20,000 nucleotides of DNA from NCBI GenBank assembly GCA_010093605.1, contig MU004203.1, positions 568,213 to 588,212 on the forward strand. Direction: 5' to 3'. The position numbers and the translations under genes are program-made. Positions 9,831-19,319 of the stretch are shown here, piece after piece (position 1 is the first letter of the stretch; each line of letters opens with the position of its first letter). The DNA is from Lophium mytilinum. Its lineage: Eukaryota. The notes beneath the pieces are model-generated. The model was not told where the DNA came from. It ran no database searches and worked only from the letters and a program-made list of their open reading frames with translations.

Positions 9831-10278
9831 CTGTCACTCTGTTTCTCGTCTGCGTCGCAAACCTCATCGTAGGCTCTGCACATTGCCCATCAGCAACCTA
9901 GACCGTTGACGTCTCTAGAATATAAGAAGATGGCGAGTGTTTCGAGTTTTATTGACAATGGGGACAACAAAATTCATGCCGGGTATTGCGATCTGGAGCG
10001 GAGAGAATCCTGGTTTCGCGGGAGGCGATCAACTAGGTACAACAGTGAAAGTGAACCTTGGAGATGAAACAGAGGTCGCGTGAATGAAAACCCGCCAATC
10101 AGGCAGACGTCGGTGAAAGGATAGCTAGCATGTGTAGAAAAGCGTTCAATGTCCGCTCTTTCCTCGAACCAATTACACATATTTCTCACAACCACCAAAA
10201 CATCCATTCCTGTCAACCACACCTATTCCAAACACTCCCTTTCCCTATCTCCACTAGATCCACCACATCGCCACTGCA

Positions 10279-11793
10279 ATGGCGCCGCTCCAAACTCTTC
10301 TAACCGATTTCGGTTTGCTCTCGTCGGCAAGCTCTCGTTCAGCTACGTCTCTCCTAGCACTGCCCAATGAGTTGGTACTTGAGGTCGCATCATACCTTGA
10401 CACTCAGTCGCTGCGTAGGCTCTCCAATGTAAATTGGCGATACCAGAATCTACTCGAAGGCGATCTGATCAAGCGCGCGACGAAGGATGACCTCGAGCGG
10501 GCTTGTGAGAACTTCGACATGAAGGTGGTGCGGTACCTTTTCGAACATAACCTCGTAGGTATCCCTTCGTCGCGCGGCTCCTGGCGCGCATTCGAGGCCC
10601 TCTCTATAGAATGGTCAGACCTCTGCACAGGTAGCGATCATTTATCTTACAGCTTGAGAACGTGGAAGAACTGGGATGCGTTTGTTGAAATATCTTCTCT
10701 GTTCGTCGCTAAAGCGATTGAGAACGGATGGGGAACACTTTCAGGGCCGGTCGAAAATCGTTACATGGGACCAACTGGAGACGATTTCTACCGCGGTCTC
10801 CTGCGTTACTTCCTAACGGGCACGCTCAGATCCCGAACTAGGGGCCTTGACGGTTCGAAGACAGAGACACCAATTAAGCAGATGTTGGCATGTGGCTTTA
10901 ATGGTGCATTGGTCTTTCACCAGGTAATAGTGGAGGAGCAGGATGAGGTGAAGCCGATAAGACGAGAGGCTCACAAGATTCCACTGATCCGCGTGCTTCT
11001 AGATGCAGGTGCAGATCCAAATGGGCCGTGGACTCAAGGCGGGTGGCGGGATGAACGATGGTGGAATCCCAAAGCCACGCGCCGGCCACTTACGATGGCT
11101 ATACGACACAACTATTTAAAGATAGCCACAATGCTGATCGAATCCGGCGCCGCTGTCACTGGACACGACATCTGGGAGTCGGCTACCACTAGCCCCCTTA
11201 ATGAAGCGGTAACGAAAAACCTCGAGGTTGATTTCATTCGAAAACTGTTGCAGTTGGGAGCTGACCCGAACTTCGTCTTGGACGAGGGAGGAAAATACCG
11301 CATTCTAGGTTACCCGTCTTGGTTTTACATCTACCGTAGCCCGGAACAGCTCGCTGCGGTCATCAGCCTGTTGTTAGAGCACGGGGCTGACCCCGAAAAA
11401 ATGATCCCAGGTCAGGAGGATGGCGGAAACCTGATGCAGCGACGGAAGCATTTTCGTGGACAGCTGAACATAGGTTCTCTTGCTTCTACTATGGTTGCGT
11501 TGGAGAAAAAACTCCCTGGACTGGTGCCCGGAGCAGACATCTTGCTAAACACCACACAAGCTGTCCAAAACATGCATGACGTGCTTAAGATGCCGAGAAC
11601 GCGCAGCAATATCCCTGAGCTACTAGACACGTGGAGATGTATGGAGGGTAATTGGAAAATGCTTAAAGCTGTTTCAGACACCTTCACACCTAAACAGCTT
11701 CCAATTGTGGTGGAATACCATCAGCTCTGGGACGAGCATCACGTCGAGGTTGAGCAGTTTCTGGATCATGATTGGCCTTCTCTTCCAACATAA
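10279..11793 (+). CDS. F-box and ankyrin-repeat protein (504 aa, intronless)
   Basis: F-box: SLLALPNELVLEVASYLDTQSLRRLSNVNWRYQNLL. Ankyrin-like repeats: LIRVLLDAGADPN, RPLTMAIRHNYLKIATMLIESGAAV, SPLNEAVTKNLEVDFIRKLLQLGADPN, VISLLLEHGADPE. Confidence 0.9.
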   Translation: MAPLQTLLTDFGLLSSASSRSATSLLALPNELVLEVASYLDTQSLRRLSNVNWRYQNLLEGDLIKRATKDDLERACENFDMKVVRYLFEHNLVGIPSSRGSWRAFEALSIEWSDLCTGSDHLSYSLRTWKNWDAFVEISSLFVAKAIENGWGTLSGPVENRYMGPTGDDFYRGLLRYFLTGTLRSRTRGLDGSKTETPIKQMLACGFNGALVFHQVIVEEQDEVKPIRREAHKIPLIRVLLDAGADPNGPWTQGGWRDERWWNPKATRRPLTMAIRHNYLKIATMLIESGAAVTGHDIWESATTSPLNEAVTKNLEVDFIRKLLQLGADPNFVLDEGGKYRILGYPSWFYIYRSPEQLAAVISLLLEHGADPEKMIPGQEDGGNLMQRRKHFRGQLNIGSLASTMVALEKKLPGLVPGADILLNTTQAVQNMHDVLKMPRTRSNIPELLDTWRCMEGNWKMLKAVSDTFTPKQLPIVVEYHQLWDEHHVEVEQFLDHDWPSLPT

Positions 11794-11908
11794 TCTATCG
11801 ACGCTGAGGTCGACTAGAGAGGGTGACAAAGAATCTACTAGCGGTCCCAGGATGCAATTTACGAGGGGATGATATTCTCGATGTGGGGTCTTGCTTGAAT
11901 ATAGTAAC

Positions 11909-13787
11909 TTAGAATGAATTCGTGTGAACTCCAACAAATCGACGAGCTGAAACGAATCGACTTGGAGTTAGTGACCTACCATCACTAGCGACGATCATGA
12001 CACGCCGAAATACCTCCACTGGGTCCTTGTCAAAGATTTGGCGAAAGAATACCTTGCGGTCTGCGCGGAACAGGTTGAAGATAGTTGTTAAAGGAATACA
12101 TGCCTTCAGCTCAGCCTTAGTGTTCAACACGATTCCATTGGCTAGCAGCAACAATGGGAATATTCTGTCTTCTAGCGGTGTCTTTGAATAGTGGAAACGA
12201 GACCTGAATAGCCCTAAATAGCCCTTGTTTGTATCGAAGCGCTTCGGGAATATGTTCTATCTCCAACCTCGCAATCGTTTTATGACGCCCATAGACCCCT
12301 TATTGAGTTTTCAAGAGCTACTTCGAAGGATCTTCTCGATCTTAGGCACTTCTTGGGCAGCGTCACAAAGCGCGACGTGAAGGGAATCTCGCTTCGAGGA
12401 GGCTTTTGGATTAGCGGTCGACACTTGAAAGTCACGCTGTCTTTCGACCTTAACCTGCTTCATGTCCTGGAGCCAATGCAGGTAGGGTGTTTGGAGCCGT
12501 TAAAGTACAGTTGCAGTTATCTTCGTGCTGCTTTTGCAAGTATACCGGGCGTGTCATTTATGTTTTCCATTGTGGCTAAGAGAGCTTCTTTAAGAGCTGA
12601 GTTGGGGTGGAATAAGGGAATCGACTAATACACCGGCAACGCACCTATAATATAAGCCTTGTGCAATATTAAAGGCTTCAACAGTATATCTAAGGACGAA
12701 CGGTGCTGCTGTAGGAAGGGTTTCCGGCTTGCTTACGGCTCTTGCTTACAATATAAGCACATCTTTAAATGCAGTTATCGCTATTAGATAGGATAGGTCT
12801 CAATAAACTTGAAAGCTAGCTAACCTACCGTGGGACTAGCGGATAGCTCTAAGGTAATGCGGAAGAGTTTTTGGATTTTACCTAGAAACTAAGAACGCGA
12901 TAGCAAAGCAACGCAATGTCTTTAATATAACCGCAAGAGTTCGGGTAAGATAGATTCGAGTAGGGCTGCATTTTAAAACTCGTGCAAACTTTCCAAATAT
13001 TCTAACGTAGTTGCGTTTTCAAGCTGTATTTATCGCATTCGCATTCTCGTCCGCAAAAGCGGCTTTAAACACCCGGTAGCTCCTTCTCTTTCCTAAGTAC
13101 CCTTCTTGTCTTTTTACGCATAATGGCATGTGCACAGTAACGTCGAATGTTAGGTTCTTGCAGCCGGGACTTGATTACTCTACCACTCTTATTCCGCCTG
13201 GGCTCTCGCTTTCTCTTTTACTCCCAATTATAATTTAATCAAATTGCGCTTCTATCCCGCTTGCCGTATCTTTTGCTATTTCGCTCTAGCTCCTATTTCT
13301 ATTACTCCCGCTCTTCCGCTCCGCTTAATCTCTCGGACCTGTCTAGCCCCATAAGCGCTTCGTTAACTTCCTCGCCTACGTCAGTCTAATTGAGGTGCTT
13401 GCCCTAACGCTCGAACTCGTCTATAATCTTAAGCACAGCGCCAGGTTCAGTAATCAGACTCGCAATAATACAGGCAGCAGAGATAGCTCCTTCCTCGTAT
13501 TGGTCGACCCGCGAGCCATGGGTCATCATAAGCGGCCAATTTTTTTCTCTCAGCTCTTTTTCGTGGCAAGATGCTATCTTTGTAGAGTCAACTGGCTAGT
13601 GAGTTGTAGCAAGCATAACGTTACGGAGGCTCCTGCGACTAACGTGGTTTGGGGGAGTTTTACTAGGTTGGTATTAGCCCTCTACCAACCAAGCCGTACA
13701 GTCCTCGAAACACCGCAGACATCTTGTGAAGCCTCGGGGGAGACTTGCTAGGTTTTCTGGCTGGGCTAGGTTAGCTTGGTTCTTACG
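11909..13787 (-). pseudogene. RIP-inactivated gene of about 600 codons, unknown family
   Basis: Manual translation gives one protein-like frame from about 13787 to 12490 and, after a 1-nt shift, on to the stop at 11909. It has about 23 internal stops, all but two TAA/TAG (as expected from CAA/CAG to TAA/TAG). Example: IQLENATTLEYLESLHEF*NAALLESILPELLRLY*. The 5' end is uncertain. Confidence 0.7.
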
Positions 13788-14280
13788 TCAGACATCTGAA
13801 GACGAGTCGGAGTTTACAATTGCGGAGGTGAAATCGACTCAATCTTCAGCTCCGTGTCTGGTGTTTGATTGGCTGGATTGGGGCGTGATGCGGTTTGGAT
13901 GAGAATGGAGTAGGTCTGGAGGAGGTCCAATGACTTGTTCAGGCTCGCAGCAGCGTCAATGAGGTTGAAAATGTGGTGGAGCAACGATCGAAGAAGAAGA
14001 AGGACGAGTTGAGGTTGTAAAAGTGAGGAAGCCAATATGGGTCACGTGTTCAAGATGCAGCGGAGGCTGACGGCAAGTGAGGAGGTCTTGACGTTGCTAG
14101 CGGGGGCAGGCGAATGCGGGATGGTCTAGATGGTATACAATCGGCTCTACTAGAAGTTTTGGCAGAATGGCAATTTATTTAGCTATCTAAAGGTGGTTGC
14201 AACATGATATGTTGTGGTTGGCAAAGGTATACGGATGGTGTCTTAAGCATGGGCCATGGTGTTGTATTCCTCTCGGGTAG

Positions 14281-14350
14281 AGCTTAAGCTTAAATTTAGG
14301 GTTGTCGATCTGGGGAACTCACGTCGATCTGCGGAGCTAGCGTCGATCTG
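14281..14350. repeat. Three GTCGATCTG copies at exact 19-bp period, preceded by two adjacent palindromes
   Basis: GTCGATCTG at 14304, 14323 and 14342. AGCTTAAGCT at 14281-14290 and TAAATTTA at 14291-14298. Confidence 0.75.
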
Positions 14351-14815
14351 GGCTCCACCCCGCGCCAAAAACCTCGGAACCGCCTGTACGTACGCGAATT
14401 CGAAATTCAGCATATCGACATCGGCGCTCCCGCGGCCATCACAGGCGTTTCAACATACATGAAGGCTCGAAGTTTCACGCAATCTCAAGTGGTAAGCATG
14501 CAGAGGTACATACGTTGACGGTTGCGCGCAAGCTGAATGGCGGCGGAGGTGTGGCATGACTAGCAGGTTCAGCGCGACCGCCTCTTTTGAGATCACAAGG
14601 GAACCTCTGCACCGAACGAAACGTTAGATTCTGACATATGTATGTAGTAAGCCGAGACGCATTGACTTCTTAGCCAGGAACCCTTCGGCACCACTTACAT
14701 TCCACTTCAGCCGCGCAGGCTTCAGGCAAAGACTGCGTGTTCTGGGGACTCGTCAGCTTTCTTTGACAAGTTCCGACCATCCTGCATGGGGTGTAATCGA
14801 AAACACTTCAGCCAG

Positions 14816-17703
14816 ATGCTTCCCTCGAATCAGTCGTCATATCATCCCTCTTCGAATCCTCAAGTCTCTCAGCATCGATCTTCCCCCGCAGATTCGTCCT
14901 CGAGCCTTTCTCTCTGCGGCCTTCCTTTCGAAATGCGTTTCTCTCCGCATCATCTCCATATGCGCGGGATCGAATCTCCGGCCCCTTCCTTGTCGGTTCG
15001 CTTTCTCGGCCGGCCCATCCTCCACTGTCATACTCAATTGCCGGACCCGCGAGCACCTCCACCTCGAATACTGTACTCTCGGATCAGGCCTTTCAACGAG
15101 CGGCGACAAGCACTGTGCCATGAACCTGAAGTGTTGCGCTTATCTGACAGCCGCAAGGAGAGCGACTGCGGAACAAGGCGAAACCCCGTTGACATAGGCG
15201 GAGTGCGAAAGAGCGCAAACATAAAAGGTAGAGGGAAAGACAGGATACAGTTGGTGTCTTGAGAGCAAAACGGCGTGCTCATCTCACATTCCCCCCCTTG
15301 TGGATCCAGCCACTACTCGACATTCTCTCGTATGTAGTTGGCACTTTCGCTGTTTAATGATCTCGTTCAGATCTTCTCTGTGTTCCCAGAATGACGTGTG
15401 TTCAAGGTGTAGCTCCCAGGCAATCCCAGTGTCGGCGATCCCAGCTGAGAGCTTGCAGGTGCAGTCCTACTTGCTGTCAGCATGCTTTCGTGTCGTCTCA
15501 CGCCACTACCTCATCGTCGCACCCCTGCGCTCTACGATGTATCATCACGGCCAATTGCCACCTCACAGAACCCATCCGTATCGCATCTGCGCTTCAGCAG
15601 TCTTCGCAGAACGACTCCCCTCTCTTGGAAGGCCCAATCTCTGCAGAATCTCGCAGACTACCAAACCCCACCATGTCCCCAAGCCCTGAATCTTCGACTC
15701 AGGCCGCCTCTACCACCTTCAACGCCCTGAAAGTTCGACCCGGGCCGCCTCTACCACCTTCGAAAGCCCTCCACGTGAGGCCACATACTATACTGGCGCA
15801 GAGTGGCAGCGGCGGTGGAACTCCCGGGTCCTTAGATCAACCGCCGCCCGCGACGAGTATTTGGCATTCCCGCACTTAAAGGCAACTTGCCGAAGTAATC
15901 GAGGAGGCGTCTTCGAATATCTCACGCCTTTTACTTTCCGCACTAAATGTCTCGAGACGCCAGACGAAGACTACGAGTCCGACGAATCCAGCCACTTATC
16001 CCTCATCACTGAGTCTCCTATACCAAAACTCCGCGGAGGCGAATGAGACGGTGTTGCGCTGAAACTTGCAGAAGGACCCCGTGGGCTAAGCCAAAGCACC
16101 CTTGCCCGTGCGGTTCCTACCACAACTCAGACGACGACACCAACAGCGAAGACCTGGATCGTGGGTGTGTTTTGTTCTTAGGAGCGATTCAAGAGGCCTG
16201 CCCACGCAACACCCAGAGATTCAACGCCCACGAGTCGCGTGCTTTTGAGAATACAATGGCGAAGACTCAGCAGCTTCTCGGGCGACTGGCCACGCGTTCC
16301 CTCTGGGCTGGTGTGGCGATTTCTCTTCCGCAATACTTGGGCAGCTTTCACCGCATTGCTCACTCCCAGCCAACGTCATATGCGCGAGTCGTATCATGCG
16401 ATCGCTAGGAGGCTGCCATTCTACCTTCCCCTCTTTCCGCTCTTTCTACGGAGCGTGCATATCCGAAATGCCCATCGTCCTGCCCAGATCCACCACTCCA
16501 GTTTTCGGAACGGAGTCGAATGGATAAACGGTATCTTCGTCGTGAAGCTTTCGACATAGATGAATTCTGACTGCTCTCCCATCGCATACCGGGCCGATGA
16601 ACTACGGATCTTGTGCGCATCATGGAAACGGTTGCCCGCGACGCTGAAGAGCTGCATAGCGATGACTTGGAGGACAGCTTCAAGGTCCACACCACTGGTA
16701 TGACTGTTCTTGGCAAAGCACCCGATTGCTTACCCTTCAAAGATGATTCAGCTATGAGCGACGGCGAGCCGGTATTCCTCCGGACGGCAGAGCATGTATC
16801 TACTCGGCAACATGAAAACCTCACCCACACACGAACAAATATCAGAGGAGTTGAGACCCTTGCGCCTGTCGACCCTCAACATGCGCAGAAGTCGGGTCGC
16901 GACAGCCATGCGTTTTGGATATCGTGATGGCTAACCCATATGTAGTTCTCATGAGAGTTTCGGGACCTGGCACGGCAACGAAAGACTCGATGCCACAGAG
17001 CTGAGTAGGTTGAACTGTTCGCTCCTTTGGCAGTCTTCTCTAGCAGCCGACCAGCATTTGACGCGGGTGTTTTACGATATACTTGAAGATCGTGAACATA
17101 CCATAAGCCCCCAGGCGTCCCTTATCAGATTTCTCCCTGAAGCAACCAGCCATCGACCTGGGTCTTCGGTAAAAGCTTCAGAAGTTCTTCGATCCCACTA
17201 CCACCCTAAGCCTTCCGTCATCTGCGCTTGCACATTCCCGAACCCCTAGATTTACTCGCTCTGCCCGCATGGCGACAGGTCAGCTCTCGCGTCCGCGAGC
17301 CTTCCACAACCTGCTCCCATGCCCCGTCTCTACTCTTGTCGCGTCAATCCTACCTACAGTATTCTGATTACCGCCCACAAATCACTGCCGTAGTAGGATG
17401 CCCGAAGTATGTTCAACGCCTAGTTGCGAACCTTTCCGCTCATTGCTAATCGAGAGCATACTCGACTCGGTACTGTCAAAGCTCTCCCTCTCCGAATCGC
17501 TTTACCGACTCCATATCGTACACGAAACTCATAATCTCCTCCGCACTCCAGACTCCATCGTACATGAAGCTCCTCGCCTCCTTCCGCCTTCGGAGTCTAT
17601 CGTACACGAAGCTCCTCCTCCCCTCCGAAAAGCCTTCTTTCCCCTACGTACCTTCTCGACCCTCGTTGACAAGACCTCCGCAAGACCTCCGCAAGGTACA
17701 TAA
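14816..17703 (+). pseudogene. Fragmented multi-exon gene (Ser/Pro-rich, low complexity), probably a pseudogene; boundaries uncertain
   Basis: Chain of + strand coding-like ORFs in shifting frames: 14786-15262, 15391-15879, 15861-16046, 16043-16408, 16613-16927, 17010-17249, 17398-17703. A putative 55-nt intron at 16891-16945 (GTCGGG...GCTAAC...TAG) joins the 16613 frame to the 17010 frame. Confidence 0.45.
17512..17628 (+). repeat. 42-bp (14-codon) tandem repeat, about 3 copies
   Basis: ATCGTACAYGAA at 17515, 17557 and 17599. Translates as HIVHETHNLLRTPD / SIVHEAPRLLPPSE / SIVHEAPPPLR. Confidence 0.85.
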
Positions 17704-18232
17704 TCCGACCTAGTAGTGTCCACACATTACCATTTCGATGGGATTGACGTTCACGAAAGGGTATACGGAGTATCGAGCACACATTGCAATGAAAGACCTG
17801 CTGGAATAGTCGATATGCGTCTCGCGCGCGTCTCGTTGCATATGAACGCGTCCGTAACGTAGAGATATCGTCTCATAGGCTTGCGTTGCTATCAACTGAG
17901 TCGCCTTTGGTAGCAGATACCGCTGGGAAGCTTCGGAAGATCTACTTCGGGGCCTTCGCAATACCGAACACCAAGTTGTAAGTCACAATATGATAGGCAA
18001 ACGTAAGGCATGATGTGCAAACAGTAGACGTAGGTCGAAGGCGTCAGACGGAATCGATAGTATGTTTGAAAGAATTACGTTTCGCGCCGCGCCACTCTAA
18101 GTGTGGTTCCAGTCTTTAGCAAATACCATCCCTCCTGTGGGGATTCTGCCTCCAATCGTTCCCCTACTTGACTGATATCGGCATCCCGTAGAGGAAAGTC
18201 CGAGCGCCATTTTCATCAAGGCGGAGCGGGGA

Positions 18233-19107
18233 ATGATACTGTCCCTGGCTCGATTGCAATACTTAGACTTCTCCGTTCCGATGTCAAGATATCCTCGTAC
18301 CGCCACGCACGTCGTCGCACGACACCGCAACGTTCTCCCGGCTGTGAGTAGCCTCCAGGAAGTGGGCCTGAGTAACTCCGATCGCGTGCGAAAGACTCCG
18401 GTACAACTTTTGGTCTCTTGGCTAGGTCGATGCCAGATGGTGCGGATATCGGTTCGCAGTCTATCTCGCACTGCCATGGAGTCAATCGCACGACCTCGCA
18501 ACGTTATTCCGGCTGTGTCTAGCCTCCAGGAAGTGGGCATGAGTAACTCCGATCGTGTGCGGAAGACTCCGTCCGGTACAACTGTTGGCTTCTTGGCTGG
18601 CTCCTTAGCGCGGGTATCGGTTTGCAGGCTGTCTCGCACAGCCATGCAGTCAATCGCACGATCTCGCATTGCTATTTCGGCGATGTTTGTCATACAGGAA
18701 GCAGTCTTGAGTACATCCGAACAGCTGCGAATGGCTCCGGTATCACCTGCCCTGTTGTCTTCTCAGCTTCCTCGAATCCTTGCTGCTGCATGCTGTAGCT
18801 GTTCTCGCACTGCCATGCAATTGATCGCATGATATCGCGGCGCTGTTTAGGCGGTGCTTAACATACAGGGAGCGTTTTCGAGGCAACCCGAGCGCTTGCT
18901 GAAGAATCCAGTAATACTTACCATAATGGCTCGTTGGCTAACTCGACGCTGTAGATACTAACTCGGACTGCCACGCAGTTGTTCGCATTACATTACTTCG
19001 CTGTCCTGGCGGTACCTAACATGAAGGAAGTAGGACTAAGTAGATCCGAACGTCTGCGGAAGGCTCTCCCTCGTATCACCCACCTGTGTGCCTCTTCATC
19101 AACTTGA
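18233..19107 (+). pseudogene. Decayed tandem-repeat protein gene: five units of about 170 bp (56-57 aa), LRR-like
   Basis: Units start at 18293, 18464, 18632, 18803 and 18961. The + frame consensus is approximately RTA[MT]QxxAxxRxVxxAVxx[LIM]QEVGLSxS[DE]R[VL]RKxP. Unit 4 has stops and unit 5 is frameshifted. Confidence 0.65.
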
Positions 19108-19319
19108 TAATGCAGAGGGAGGTTCGCAGGCTATCGCTCCTCGTCGGAAGCTTTGCTCTACCTACCTTCGCCTCCCTTTTCACATTCGCGTCCTTCCATA
19201 GTCCACCGGAAGCCTCCGGACCTATCCTTTTCGATGTGGGATGCTGGGGCTGGCTCGATGCTCCAGACATCGGTTATCGTTCGCAAGTTGTCCCTCCTCT
19301 TCGGATGCTTTATAGCACC

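Noticed and set aside
13395..13751. 118-aa plus-strand ORF
   Set aside because: It is codon-aligned antisense to the minus-strand pseudogene and has a non-ATG start.
11909..13787. Assignment as a DDE transposase or retroelement pol
   Set aside because: No catalytic DDE, YxDD, RNase H or integrase motifs were recognised in the repaired translation.
14304..14350. CRISPR-like repeat-spacer interpretation
   Set aside because: The repeat (9 bp) and spacer (10 bp) are far too short, the context is eukaryotic, and there are no cas genes.
18097..18693. 198-aa minus-strand repeat ORF as the true gene
   Set aside because: Differences between repeat units are conservative or silent in the + frame, so this ORF is most likely its antisense shadow. 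It is not formally excluded.
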